The notes: generated by a model from the letters alone, not told the origin. A DNA stretch of 64,000 nucleotides from Octopus sinensis (GCF_006345805.1 NC_043000.1:90644001-90708000), one strand, 5' to 3'; positions 9,777 through 23,290 are shown, counted from the stretch's first letter. A program made the numbers and translations.

Positions 9777-12470
9777 TATGTGACTTTTGCTTTGTATTTG
9801 CAAAAGTTGACTCCTCGTCCCACTTAGAGACCTCAAGAGACATGTCGGAAGTTCATGTTGGTGTTATGACTAGGGTATCAGATATTTGCTTTTGCACATA
9901 GTATTGTTCTCGAGTGTGCTTAAGAAAGCATAAGAAAATTATAAGTTTGTTTTAGAATTTGAGATTACGTAGTATCTTACGTAGGATATGGGCAATTCCC
10001 ACGAGCACTATCTTCTGAATTTCTGCCATTTTGGGGTTTCCTGGTATCTGAGCTAAGTAGCAATCAACCCCTTTTAGTATTATTCCTCGGGTACTTATGA
10101 CAACAGGTATTGTTTTAGTCTTGAGGTTCCTCATTTTGCCAATTTCTCTTTCAAGATCTTTATACTTGCTTAGTTTTTGGTAGGTCTTGACAGATACATT
10201 TATATCGATTGGGACTGTCATATCAATGAGGAGGCATGATTTTTGCCTGAAGTCTTCCAATATAATGGCTTGTCCTATTCACATCTATCTTCCTGTCAGT
10301 TTGAGCGGTGAATTTCTGGGAGGCGGGGAGGGGATGTGATCTTTCCCAAGCACTGGAGGTGGTTTGTGTTCCCTCCAGTTTTTATCATGGGGCAGGTCCA
10401 GGTTTTGCAAATTACTCAGTGCTGCTCTGTCATGCCTTTTGAGATACTCTGTAGGCGCCAGAAGACTGCACATGGAGACAACATGATCAATGGTTTGATT
10501 TTGTTGTTTACATACACATGTTGGGCTACTGCCGTTCTTTAATATGTTGGTCTAGTAGTTCCTTGTAGATATGCATTGATCTTGGGCTTCTATGATAAAC
10601 CCTTCTGTTTCTGTTTTAAGCCAGAAGACTCTAACAATTGATGGGTAATAGCTTTATCAACATCCTTAAGCAACAACCCCTCAGTGGCGGGGAAGTTCAG
10701 GCCTGAAAACAGAGACTGAAGGTTTCATATTGGCAACACACGGTTGTTCCCTCGATCAACCAGGCAGGTATTTGCTCTGGTTTTGGGTGACATAAGTTAT
10801 GGATGCAGCAAGATTTTGGTGTTATTCTGTCAAACAGTTCAGGCAGAAGTTAGGTCTCCGGTCCAGTCTTGGGGTTCTCCACTTGCGAGACTTTCTAAGA
10901 ACATATCTTAGCTCTTCTACTCCTATTGCCTCCTATTTCTGCTTTTCAACTTCATCCAATCTCACTTTCCCACGTTCTATCCAATGAGCTATCAGCGTTA
11001 TGCTCTCTTTTTGTTGCTCCATGTCTTCTTCCACTACGCTTCCGTTTCCTCAATCTTAGGTTGCTCCTTTACTTCTATCTTGTTTTCGCCAATTTCCCTG
11101 TAAACTTTTTCTGCATCTCTCTTGAATACCTTGTTTTATCGATGAAATTTGATTCTTTTGCTATATCTACTGAGCCGTTGGGCTTTCAGTCGTATTCGTT
11201 GTTTCACTAGTTCCTACGTTGCAGGGATGTTTATATCTTTGATTTTATATTTTTGATTGATTTTTCGAGCTTGTTTCGTCTTAACATTTATTTCTCTAGC
11301 AAGTTCATCGAGAACTTATACATCCACTCGCAAATATTCGATCTCTTTTTTATTGCTACTTTCCACTTGAAAGGTCTATTGACATGGTTGGTCTTTTTCT
11401 CTGTCGTCCTTATACCTAATTGAGAGGTTACAACTTTAGCAGTGGAATAGATGAGGTTATTTAAGGTTGTCAGGTAATTTTCTTTATTTCTTAAGATCTG
11501 TCTAAGAGCAATATTATATATCATGATTAAGTTATTTCTTATGTTGTTTGAGAGCTTTGGTAGCGGTTCTCTATTGATCATGTCAGTAAACTCAGTCTTG
11601 CTGAGTTCTCTCATAATATCTTCTTTTGATTCTATGATCTCTTTATTATTCACCTCAAATTCTGTGTCATATCTATTCTGGTATTCTTGAGGTAGGTCTA
11701 CTTTCTCCTCTTTTTCTGCATAACTGTTCTTCGCTATTCTTTTTTCAGCTTCCTCGTTGGGATGCCCTGTTCGTACACTGGGTTCTGTGCATCTTATTCC
11801 ATCTGCATTATTGCTGTTTTCATTTGGTCTACAATGGGATATTTGTGTCCTAATTTTGCTAATTTTAGCGTTGGTTAACCTTTTATTCTTAATGATGTTT
11901 CTACGTACATTATTTAATTTATTTGCGTCTATCTATCTGCGTATTTCGTTGCTTACTAAGCTTCTCTATGAAGTGTATGTCTGCACACTGAGGTTATTCT
12001 TCGGGTTTAGTTGGGCTGTATAGAAAGCTTTCGACACATCTCTATAATCCTCTCTAATCCGTTTTATGCGTTTTGCATTAAGTGGTGTTTTTGGTGGTGT
12101 CACTACAAGTATAGAGTTAGGTTTATCCTGGTTCTTGCTACCTGGTAGTTCGTCTTTTTGCAAGTTTGTTTCAGCAGCAGATTTCTCTATGCCAGTCTGG
12201 TTCACCACTGGGTAACGCGGTCTTTGTCCCGGGCGATGACCGAACTGGCATGAGTTTTGGCTTGTCGACGGTAACAATAGAAGACGGGTCGGTTTGTTCA
12301 AGGTTGACTTTTTCACATGACACCGTTTCCCTGTTTTTCGAATGGATATATTAATCGTATCGTAGGCTGATAGATCGAAAATCGCCTCTATTTTTGCGTA
12401 GCTATATTTCTGGGCGTAACTGTTTGGTGATGTTTTAAACTAAATGACTAATTTGCTCCTTGTTATATTT
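9777..12470 (-). mobile_element. R4/Dong-clade non-LTR retrotransposon, decayed, RT core deleted
   Basis: RLE C-terminus LLIDMTVPIDINVSVKTYQKLSKYKDLE...IAHILRKIL; CCHC region ...MCSLLAPTEYLKRHDRAA; N-terminal region 10745-12470; (GAA)n tail on minus strand. Confidence 0.8.
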
Positions 12471-12946
12471 CTTTCGTGGGAAGTCGCTTTGTTTTGTTTG
12501 GTACGGCATCGCTCGTGACACGTGCTTGTCTTTTATTTTCTGTGTGTGTACGTGTGTGTTGTGTAGGCATTATTTATTTGCTTGTAAATATTAGCATGTG
12601 TACATGGATGCATGGACAGTTGCATGTATAGGTAATTATTCAATTTACATATTTACTGAGTAATTAGTGTGTTTTACCAGGGTTCCTGGTGCTGGTTTCG
12701 ACGTCTTTCGTGTGTCACACTGAGATATATCGCGCATTTAAGAAGGAAACTACACTGTATGTAACAAAAATATTTCCGAATTTTAGTTCCTTTTTCTTAA
12801 CAGGACTTTCCCCATAGTTATATCTCGAAGTTTTCCTTTCATTGCACCGATGTTATTGGATTAAATTTATTTTGTGGAGAGAGCTTCTGAGAGTACGTCC
12901 GTGTTGTTATTTAGCCCAGAGCTTATTGTTGTTGTTGTTGTTGTTG

Positions 12947-12987
<41 letters not shown>

Positions 12988-13616
12988 TGTAGTAATAGTA
13001 GTATTAATAATGTTAGTGCAGGTGGTAGTAGTATTTAGCGAGATGAAAATGTGAAGGTTTGAGTCAGTGGAGGAGATGAAAAACAAAAAAAAACAAAAAC
13101 AAAAAAAAAACGAAGAGCTATCGGAATCCTCTGTTGAGTAATTTGATGTCAGCTTATTAACATAAAATTAATTTGTAATTTGGGCTGTGACCAAAACAAC
13201 AACAGCAATGGCAAGAATAAATATAATAACAGATAAATATTAGCAACATATATTTGTAAAGTGTTCGCTTATCTCGCATAAAAATTTTATTAAAATTCTA
13301 ATGAAAAATATGTATAAGAATCACTTTGTATTAATGAAATTCGAAGGGAAAATTTACAAGGGAAGGAAAAATATAGTCGATATTTCTTTGTCATATTAAA
13401 TAAAAAGAGAGGAAATAAAATAATAAAGAAAGAAAAAATTGCAATTCTAAGTTCAATAACTCGAAAGTAGAAGGAAGGCATGGAGATATGAAATGTTGAG
13501 AAGGAAGATGATTTTTATGGGCGTGGTTGAGAAATATGTGGAAATTTAATCTAAAGAGGGAGAGGAATTAGTGCAACGAAGCAGGAAACAGAAAGAGAGA
13601 AAGCAAGAGAGAATTT

Positions 13617-13698
<82 letters not shown>

Positions 13699-13867
13699 TG
13701 TGTGTGTGTATGCGTGTGTGTATGTGTGCGTGTGTGTGTGTTATAAAATAAGGATAGAGAAAAGTCAAGAAAGGGAAGACAAGAGAAAATAAGGCTAACT
13801 CTTATGTAACGAAGAACAGAAATGACAAAGGCTGAAACGAAATTTTAATGCATAAAAGAAATAATAA

Positions 13868-14303
13868 TAATGGTTTCAAATTTTGGCACAAGGCCAGCAG
13901 TTTTTGTAAGAGGTGTTAGTAGATATCGAATCTACTACTAGGCTGAGATTATATTTTCTTGAACCCGGAGGGATAGAAGGCAAGCTTGACTTTGCCGGGA
14001 TTTGATCTCAGAAAATAAAGAACTAGAAGAAATGCTGCTAAGTATTTCGTCTGACGCGCTTATCATTTTGTCAGTTCACCGTCGTGATAATTTAATATTT
14101 TGGCACAAGACCAACAATTTCGAAGGAAATAGGTAAGTCGATTACATCGACCCCAGTGCTCGACTAGCACTTATTTTATCGACTCCGAAAAGATAAAAGG
14201 CAAAATCGTTCTCGGCGGGATTTGAACTCAGAACGTGATGATAGGTGAAATGCCTCTAAGCATTCTTCCCGGCATGCTAACGATTTTGCCAGTTCACCGC
14301 CTT
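13868..14303 (-). mobile_element. Two adjacent SINE S2 copies (13868-14085, 14097-14303)
   Basis: Reverse complement of S2 consensus GGCGGTGAACTGGCAAAATCGTTAGCATGCCGGG...GCCTTTTATCTTTTCGGAGTCGATAAAATAAGT. Confidence 0.75.
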
Positions 14304-14454
14304 TCGTTGTTTTAATAATTATCCTTTCTACTATAGGCAAAAGGCCTGAAATTTTGCGAGAAGTGGCAAGTGGGTTACGTCAATCCTAGTGTTCAGCTGA
14401 TATTTATTTAATCAACCTGGCTTGGTATGTCAAGGTGAATAGCCTGGCTTGGTA

Positions 14455-15295
14455 TGTCAAGGTGAGTAAAGAAGAAATGACTGAAACAGTGAAAATGCAG
14501 GGAACATTAAAAATGAACGAAGCCGTAGATCCAACACAATTTAAGAAAGACCAGAGAAAGCAGATGAAGAAAATTTGGCAGGACAAAAAGTGCACGGTCA
14601 GTTCTTGAAGAATAAAGATGAGATTGATTGGAATAGAACCTGGCAATGGCTGCAGAAAGGTGACTTAAAAGAACCCACTGAGGTATTACTGTGCAGCGCT
14701 CAAGAACAAGCTCTCAGAACAAACTACTCCAAATATCACACTGATAAAAGCACTGATCCGCCACAGTGTAGGATGTGCTCTGAGAAGGGAGAAAGTATAA
14801 ACCATATTGTCAGTGAGTTCTGTAAGCTCGCACAATGGGAATACAAAAGGAGACACGACAATGTGGCCAGATATGTCCACTGGCTTTTGTACAGTAAACA
14901 AACATCAAGGGAACCGAACCACGGTATGAACACAAGCCAGAGGGAGTCGTGGAAAATGAACATTACAAAATACTCTGGGATTTTAACATGCAGTACGACC
15001 AAGTCATAGAGGTGAGACGACCAGATATCGTGCTCATCTATAAAGATGAAAAAGAAGTAAAGCTAACTGATATTGCGATACCAGGCGATTCGAATGTGAT
15101 AGGTAAGGAAACAGAAAAGATTGAGAAATACCAGCCACTGCGGGACGAGGTAGGAAAGTTATGGGGCATGAAGAAAGTAATGGTGATACAGGAGAAGGCA
15201 CTACTTGAAATCTTTGGTGATATGTTATTTCCTGCTTTCAAGTAAAGAATAACCGGTACTTAATAACTATCCGAGAGTCTTGCATAATAGACAAA
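14455..15295 (+). mobile_element. R4/Dong LINE 3' fragment (CCHC plus RLE endonuclease)
   Basis: HGQFL..WQWLQKGDLK..AQEQALRTNY..CRMCSEKGESINHIVS..EYKRRHDNVA; ILWDF..RRPDIV..DIAIPGD..EKIEKY; followed by (TAA)n. Confidence 0.88.
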
Positions 15296-15352
15296 ATAGT
15301 AATAGTAATAGTAATAGTAATAGTAATAATAGTAATAATAATAATAATAATA

Positions 15353-15395
<43 letters not shown>

Positions 15396-15580
15396 TGCCC
15401 TGATGCAGTTCCAGACAGTGGCTCTCATGGCTTCTAGTCTTAACTAATTTTCCATGTCTGGTCTTGGTTTAAAAGATGGGCTATAGCAAGTAATCTGCTC
15501 AATACAACAAATTTGCTTGTTAGTTGCTTGACCATAACCAGTTTAGCATGTCCCTTATTGGCTTACGATACGTGTATCTG
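15396..15580 (+). mobile_element. 5' part of ~550-bp non-coding (TAA)n-associated repeat (family T)
   Basis: TGCCCTGATGCAGTTCCAGACAGTGGCTCTCATGGCTTCT matches the reverse complement of 18405-18220. Confidence 0.7.
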
Positions 15581-16989
15581 AGTTTGCGAGCTAATCTCCA
15601 GGAGTTCCAACAAAACTTGACATACAAGGAAATAATAATAACAACAATAGTAACCAATGAATTGACATTTTTCCGAAAAAAATAAAGAAAAACAGTGTAA
15701 AATTCTTGAGAGCCCTTCTATGTTTTTTGAAAGTCATGTATTTTTTGTAGGATAGGAGTTAGCTTATTAATGAAATATTTTGGTCTTTGTTAGTAGATTA
15801 CGATAGAAGATTACATCAGAAACTGTTAAAAATGAAATTAATTAATTATTTGCTGCTCTCCCCGAATATTTGATTTAAAACGAAGGCAAAAGAAAACAAA
15901 AAGCCCCAAAACATACAAACCAAAAACCTACAGAAAAATGATATTGTCGTTCACAAAAGACCATAATGCAGTTTGGCAAAAAAGTAAAAACAAAAGGCTC
16001 ATTTGTCTATTTGGTATTATCATTCGGGCTTGTATGTGCGTGTGTGTGTTTTTTTTTGTTTTAGTTTATAGCAAATGCTTACTTTTTGTTTTGGTGTCTG
16101 TATTAATTTTATTCAATTTTATTTAGAATTTTCGTTTTGTTTTGAAATGTGCTCCTTTGCGGTCTAATTAAATATTTTTTTCTGGCGTCCCATTGTCTGT
16201 TCCATTGATTATTACTCAGTTATCTATCCTTCTGCAACATATAGCAATTCTTCAGAGTCACATAATTTTTCAAGCCAAGGAATAGAACACTTCACATACA
16301 CAACACTATTGTAAACAAAAAGAGAACAAAGAATAAAAAAGAATATATAAAGGAGAAATGCGGGCGCTACAGCTACAACAGTCACAAGTATAAGGTTTAG
16401 AATAAATACTCTCTTCAAATTCAAAAGACGACTGATAAATGAATTAGAGTTTTAAGGGTTTAGAGTTTGGCTATCATTTCTAGAGAGCTCGAGATAGATA
16501 GACAGATAGCTAGAGAGATAGAGACAGGACATTATATTATATTTCTTTTGATAAAAACCTCTTTGTTTTTTGCCCCCTTACTTGTTTTGTATGCAACACT
16601 GGAGAGAGTTATACAATTTGTTCTTGACTATTTCATATATTTTTTCATATTTTCTTCTTTATAGTTTAGGCCAGATTTGAAATTGTCTTAAAATGCTTTT
16701 AAAATTTTCTAATTTTTCTATTCATTACACACCACACTCAACTGATTATTGGGATAAAAATTTCATTCTAAAACCCGACGGAACGTAATGTGTTTTCCAG
16801 ATTCACTTTTCCAAATCCCTACGCTTTACTGATTATGCTGTGATTCATGTCACACTACATGGCTTCATAGCCATACCTCATTTAACTATTGACTTATGTA
16901 AGATTTCTCATGCTTGCTTTGTTGGACATTGTAAAGGAAGTTAAAATTTGAATGATGGTCTCCGCTTAAATATATTCTATGACAATCAG

Positions 16990-17388
16990 AAACGTTAGCA
17001 CGCCGGGCGAAATGCTTTGCATTATTTCGTCTGCCGTTACGTTCTAGGTTCAAATTCCGACGAGGTCGACTTTGGCTTTCATCCTTTCGGGATGGATTAA
17101 ATAAGTACCAGTTACGCACCGGGGTCAATATAATCGACTTAATCCGTTTGTCTGTCCTTGTTTATCCTCTCTGTGTTTAGCCCCTTGTGGGTACTAAAGA
17201 AATAAGTATTTCGTCTGTCGTTACGTTCTGATTTCAAATTCCGCCATGGTCGACTTTGCCTTTGATCCTTTCGGGGTCGATAAATAAAGTACCAGTTTCA
17301 CACTGGGGTCGATTTAATCGACTTAATTCCTTTGTCTGTCCTTGTTTGTCCCCTTTTTGTTTAGCCCCTTGTGGGCAATAAAGAAATA
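16990..17388 (+). mobile_element. SINE S2, tandem pair
   Basis: CAGAAACGTTAGCACGCCGGGCGAAATGC...CTTTCATCCTTTCGGG; second copy restarts at 17205. Confidence 0.85.
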
Positions 17389-17654
17389 TATATTCTATGA
17401 CAATATAGTTTATTTGGCGAATATTTTGTCACGAAACTGGTGAATTGGCCGTATCGGTAAAGCATCAGTTGCAATGAATTATGATGTTTGTTCCAGTTAT
17501 TATCGGTTTAGGATCAAATTTGTTTAACGTTAGTTTTACATTTTCTTGGATTTGCAGTAGAAAGATAACTAGTATTCTGCTTCTATTCCCTCATTATCAT
17601 CGCTAGCCCGTTCTTTATCATCCTTTTAAAACATTTTTCTATATATTAAATCGG

Positions 17655-17800
17655 TGAGCTGATAGAAACGTTAGTACGCCGTGCAAAATACTTAGTGGAA
17701 TTTCGTCCGTCTGTATGTTATGGAGTTGAAATTCCGCCGTGGTCGACTTTTCCTTGAAATAATCCCAGTTGAGTACTGAGGTCGATGAAATCGACTAACC
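17655..17800 (+). mobile_element. SINE S2, partial
   Basis: CGGTGAGCTGATAGAAACGTTAGTACGCCG...GTACTGAGGTCGAT. Confidence 0.7.
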
Positions 17801-17850
17801 ACCATCCTCGAACGTGTTTGCTTTGTGCAAAAAATTTGGAAACGTTATTG

Positions 17851-18404
17851 TTGAGTGAGAGAGCAGTGCATGCCATCAAAATGACACTGGGGTAAAACAT
17901 ACGAAGCCCAATATACCCATCATGATTACCCGTCTGACAAGGGTACGCCAGGAACATGCATCATAATCATATGTGCGCGACATGGTGATCTTATATCAAG
18001 ATTAACAGCGCAATACCTTGCAGGTAGGATCAGTTAAAATTTTCATCAGTTCGAGTAGCCCATCTCACCCAAATGGTGCCTGAATAAGGGTTGTTTAAGG
18101 ATGTTGAACGAAACATCCATGTTTCCAAAGTTAATTATTCAAAACCCAAAGAATTTCTCTCAACACATAGCTATGATGCTCCCCCACTACTTTTGCTCAT
18201 GATCAGAAATGCACATATCGTCAGCCACTAAGGGACATGCTCAACTGGTTACGGTCAAACAACTGACAAGTAAATCTGTGGTATTGAGCAGAATATTTGC
18301 TGTAGCCCATCTTTTATACCAAGACAAAACAATGTACATGATAACACTTCCAATCAGTTAAGATCAGAAGCCATGAGAGCCACTGCCTGGTACTGCATCA
18401 GGGC

Positions 18405-18405
<1 letters not shown>
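17851..18405 (-). mobile_element. Family T non-coding repeat, full ~555 bp
   Basis: Minus strand (AAT)n-TGCCCTGATGCAGTACCAGGC...ATGGCATGCACTGCTCTCTCACTCAA; shares ends with 15396, 29899 and 30377 copies. Confidence 0.75.
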
Positions 18406-18471
<66 letters not shown>

Positions 18472-18537
18472 GTTGTTGTTGTTGTTGTTGTTGCTGTTGT
18501 TGTTGTTGCTGTTGTTGTTGTTGTTGTTGTTGTTATT

Positions 18538-19000
18538 AAGGCGGCGAGCTGGCAGAACCGTTAGCATGCCGGGTAAAATGCTTAGCGGCATTTCGACCGT
18601 GTTTACGTTCTGAGTTGAAACTCCGCTGTGGTCGAAGTTGCCTTTCATCCTTTCGGAGCCGATAAACTAAGTCTTGTGAAATACTGGGGTCAATGTAATC
18701 GACTTAACTCCTCCCACCAAATTTCAGGCCTTGTGCTTATAGCAGAAAGGATTATTATCAATATCATTATTATTAACGAGGTGAGGTGGCAGAAACTTTA
18801 GCGCGTGGGAAAAAAATGCTTAGCGGCATTTCGTCCGACTTTACGTACTGATTTCAAATTCCGCCGAGGTAGACTTTGCCCTTCAGCCCATCTAGGTCGA
18901 TAAAATATAGCCCCAATCAAGTACTGGGGTCGATGTAATTGACTATCCCTCTCCTTCTAGAGGATTCTAGTCTAGCTGGCTTGTGCCAAAATTTGAAACA
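18538..19000 (+). mobile_element. Two SINE S2 copies (18538-18757, 18778-19000)
   Basis: AAGGCGGCGAGCTGGCAGAACCGTTAGCATGCCGGG...GCCTTTCATCCTTTCGGAG. Confidence 0.8.
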
Positions 19001-19003
19001 TTT

Positions 19004-19074
<71 letters not shown>

Positions 19075-19539
19075 TTGCTGCTGCTGTTGTTGCTGTATTT
19101 TCAGTTGAAAGGAAGTGTCCAAACACATTTCTATGGAAGATTCAGATTTAACATGTATTTCAGGAAGTTTTTTTTGTCGTTTACCAACAGAAGCTTTGAA
19201 TCAATCGGGTATTCAATTCATTTATCTTAGACTGAAAAAGATGGTTTTGCACTTTGGCATTTTTTAAATTCATATTTTGTAAACATTTCTTTATTTGTAT
19301 CTTAATATGGTTTCTTTTTCTGTGTTATCTGCGAAAAGTACTAGCCATAAGCATAGCAGACCTGATCACGCAACGAAGGAAGTGATTTGTGAAAAATATT
19401 AGCTCAGAATTTAAAGGAGGAAAACTGAGCAATATTGAATAAGCAGACATAGCAAACCATTAATCTTTAACAAATGAAAAAAGAAAGAAAAAAATCAATG
19501 TTGTTTATAGCATTAACCATAGAAACAAAAGTTAGGCGC

Positions 19540-20247
19540 GAATTCTAGGAAACGGCGGGAAAAAGAGAAAGAGGATGCACGTAGTAATGGACGACCCCCA
19601 ACCCACACCTACTCGGCTTCCACCCACACCTACTCTACCCTAACTACCCCTACAGACACCAACCCTCACCATACCCCGCTTGACATAAACACAAGCACAA
19701 ACACACAGGACCCCCAAATTTCCTCATCTCGGCCCATGGATAAATTTGTTATATTATATAACAGGAATAAAGAAGAACTTTGGAAAGATATAAAGACATG
19801 AGACGAAGCAATAGAAGTGGTCACAACAAGGGTAGGGGGGTTGCCCGAGGACGTTTGTTGTGCATTGGTGGACTCGGAGTACCTCTCAAGATTGATGAAT
19901 TACGAAGAAGAAACTGATTCCGATTGATGGGTTACGAAAATGGACGCCAGCAAAATACCTAAAAGGGTAAGTTATGCTTACATTTTGAAGGAACTGGACA
20001 TAGACATTTTCCAAAGTAGTGGAAACTAGCTGTCACAAAGGCATTATCAATGGCAGTTTAAGTTAATGTTTAAAAAAAGAGTTGTATTAACAGGTTCAAT
20101 GAAGTTGCTCGGAGGTGGGGCCGAACGGCTTCATTCCATCTTTTCATTATATTCAATTCATCTTTTTCATTCGTTTTGTTTTTTTATCCACACTTTGTGC
20201 TGTCCCCTCTATGTACGGCCTTCATGGCCAATTTCATGAAATAAAGA
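19540..20247 (+). mobile_element. Possible non-autonomous LINE derivative (decayed ORF1-like segment plus 3' UTR-like end)
   Basis: Higher-GC island with interrupted frame MDKFVILYNRNKEELWKDIKT*DEAIEVVTTRVGGLPEDVCCALVDSEYL..; ends CGGCCTTCATGGCCAATTTCATGAAATAAAG. Confidence 0.3.
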
Positions 20248-20390
20248 AGCTTGCATTCCAACTACATGGTTCTGCGTTGAGTCTCACTGCGTGGCACCTT
20301 GGGCAAGTGTCTCCTGCTATAGCCTCGGGCCGACCAAAGCCTTGTGAGTGGATTTGGTTGACGGAAACTGAAGGAAGCCTGTTATATATA
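20240..20390 (+). mobile_element. SINE S1 head and CORE-like domain
   Basis: CTGCGTGGCACCTTGGGCAAGTGTCTCCTGCTATAGCCTCGGGCCGACCAAAGCC. Confidence 0.85.
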
Positions 20391-20458
20391 TATAGATATA
20401 TACATTTGCGTGTATACAAATACACATACGTACATATCTGTCTATTTATCTCTCTCTC

Positions 20459-20497
<39 letters not shown>

Positions 20498-20626
20498 GTA
20501 TATACGTACACTTGCATAGATACACACACACATATTTGTATGTATGTATGTATGTACGTACATACATAGTAAGTATGTATGTATTACGTATGTACGTAAG
20601 TGTATATATATATATATATTATATAT

Positions 20627-20672
<46 letters not shown>

Positions 20673-21149
20673 TGTATTTTGTCGGTCAGTATATAGGGGA
20701 AGAATCAAGCAAGAAATACAAGACAAACGAAAGACGTTCAAATTAAGTGGAAGTTCTCAATAGAAAAATATTATAGAAAAGCAAACCACGAGCAACGGCA
20801 GCCAGAACAGAAGCTGCACCAGCAGCAACAGTAGCAGCGGCAGCAGCAGCGGCAAAAGCAGCAGTAATAACCTTAATTTTTCTCTCCGCAAATATATTAC
20901 TACTTGTCTTATTAATTATTAATATTTTCTATCATTGCTGTATTTTTGTAAAACATACTGAAGGGTTCTAAATCATTCTGTCTAATTATTATTTAATTCT
21001 TGTATTCTTATATTCTTTTTATTGGTTTCAATCACGGGACTGCGGCCACGCTGAGACGCTACCTTTAAGGGTTCAGTCATATTTATCGAATTCAGTATCT
21101 ATTTCAGTTTGTTTCTTGTGCAATCAATATCTGTTTATTGAGCCATTTC

Positions 21150-21950
21150 GTCACAGGACATGGTGACACAAAATATAACACTTTAACAGACAAATATTCG
21201 TAAGTGAGGACCAGAGGAGACTCGGATCCATCATATATGCTACAGCAGCTCACATCATGACCCCAGCTGGTTTTGGACGATGGAATGGAAATGGGTTCTG
21301 TTCCCTTCAGACAAGTCCTAAGCATCAGTAGCGTACAGTCAGTCATTCGCAACAGCCTCAACGGTAAAGATATTCTCATCACTTCAAATGAATACTTTGT
21401 GGTGCTATTCATCTCCGCTGACATCTTTCCCTCCTGTTGAGCCGTCTTTTCTTCAAAGTTGCCGCAATTACTTTTTTGCTTTTTATATTCATTTAGTCTG
21501 AGATCCTCTTTAGCAATCTCGTGCATTGAAGATTTCAAAATATTAAGCTCTCTTGCCATTTTTCGTATGCTTCAACGAGGATTCTTGTGAACTACTTTTC
21601 TAACAGTATCAATTATAGGTTTGGTACGAACAGTTCTTTTACGCCCTGAAATTGGCTTGCTTGATGTCATGCCAGATTGATTGTAACATTTCCAAACATA
21701 CACCGTCTTACAATACACATTTAAGGTGTTTTGCAATATCTTTGTTAGATTTTCCTGCTGAGGGTGATGTAACTATTTGATCACGTTTACCTTGAGACGC
21801 CATATTTGTTGACAAAACTATTATAGACTAAACTAAAAGCTGAAATATACACAAATCGTTGTGCGCAATCAAAAATATTACTGCTTTATCCAATAGCTTC
21901 CAAGAATTTAAAAAATCATCGGTAGATCTTTCTGGGCCATCCGCAATGTA
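21150..21950 (-). mobile_element. Tc1/mariner-superfamily relic, maT (DD37D)-like transposase, 3' truncated
   Basis: MASQGKRDQIV...GRKRTVRT...VHKNPR*SIRKMARELNI..; later frame resembles FSDEKxFTVE..NDRxYA..QxPxxVMxWA. Confidence 0.65.
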
Positions 21951-21951
21951 T

Positions 21952-21994
<43 letters not shown>

Positions 21995-22172
21995 TATACA
22001 TATATATATACATATATATGCACACATGCACATTCACAGATACACACGCACGCACGCATACACACACATATATATATATACATACATGTCATATACATAC
22101 ACATAAACACATCTGTCTATCTATCTGTGCCCCAGCATGGCCACAGCTCATAAGCTGAAACTGGAATCAATC

Positions 22173-22276
<104 letters not shown>

Positions 22277-23072
22277 ATAATATACTGATACAGTTGTCAT
22301 CTCTTGGTTCAATATATTATCTTAAATTCTGTGTATGCATGTATATTTACTTGATTGTTAACTTTTATCAATGCTTTCTCCCATTGTTTTGATACACCAT
22401 TTTTATCATTAACAGAACTGTCGGCATTTTTGACGACATGGATATCCTAATAATAAATACAACGAGTCATCTCCATATTTTTCGTTCGCAATCGTTATGA
22501 AATTATGACATACAGGCGACAAAAGACCAAACTAAAAATTACAAGTAGATTTTGCTTGGAAATCCCCCAAAATTAGTTTGTAAAGATAGAAGTTAAAAAA
22601 TCAAAGCTATTATTTGACATATTTAATTAATCCTATTAGTGTATAATAAAATTATGAATAAGATACACAATGGCATGAATTTTCTAAGGCGTTTAACTGA
22701 ATTTTAAAAACTCGTTGGAGCACACTTCAAGGACCATTGGTCTTTATTGACTACAAATTTGCGTCGACCTAGCTTCTTGAAGTTATATACCATGTTTGTG
22801 GTTTTTAGATTTCAAATAAACATAGATGAGGATTTTATCTAATTACTGGGATAATTTCAGATTATTGAACTTCTTAAAATCCCTTTATAGCATATGTGAC
22901 ACCCTGCCATGTAAATAAAGAAAAATAGATGTCCCCTAGATGGGATCCATCGCTGAGGCTGTGTCTTTGACTCTCTGTGTCTTTGTCTCTATTTACATGT
23001 CTGTCTTTCTGTCTTTCTCTCTTTCTATGTACGTATGTATGTATATATGTGTGTATATATATGTGTACATAC

Positions 23073-23133
<61 letters not shown>

Positions 23134-23151
23134 AACATACATATATATACA

Positions 23152-23290
23152 TACTTTATTTAAAATCTGCAGAAATATAACAAAAGCTGTTACTCAAAGT
23201 TTCCCGTTCCCGTTCGTCGGACAGTTTTGTGAAACGCTGAGTAACAGCTTTTGTTATATTTCTGCTGCTTTTAAATAAAGCATATTACTC
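23152..23290. mobile_element. PLE pseudo-LTR fragment with inverted arm
   Basis: CTTTATTTAAAATCTGCAGAAATATAACAAAAGCTGTTACTCA (23152-23196) inverted at 23238-23282. Confidence 0.65.
23182..23228 (-). ncRNA. Minimal type I hammerhead-like motif (U4C variant)
   Basis: Stem I CTGT/ACAG; core CCGACGA; stem II ACG-GGAA-CGG; GAAA; stem III ACT-TTG-AGT; GUA triplet. Confidence 0.55.

Noticed and set aside
12665-12725. GAAACCAG..CTGGTA hammerhead-like stem III upstream of the Dong element (minus strand)
   Set aside because: No CUGANGA core upstream
16220-16330. Possible short terminal exon (..IYPSATYSNSSESHNFSSQGIEHFTYTTLL*)
   Set aside because: Only a generic CAG and AATAAA support it; no recognisable protein or compositional signal
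18385-18405. Resemblance of family T 5' hairpin (CCTG-ATGCAGTAC-CAGG) to U2 snRNA stem-loop IV
   Set aside because: Similarity limited to about 15 nt; no Sm site or other U2 sequence
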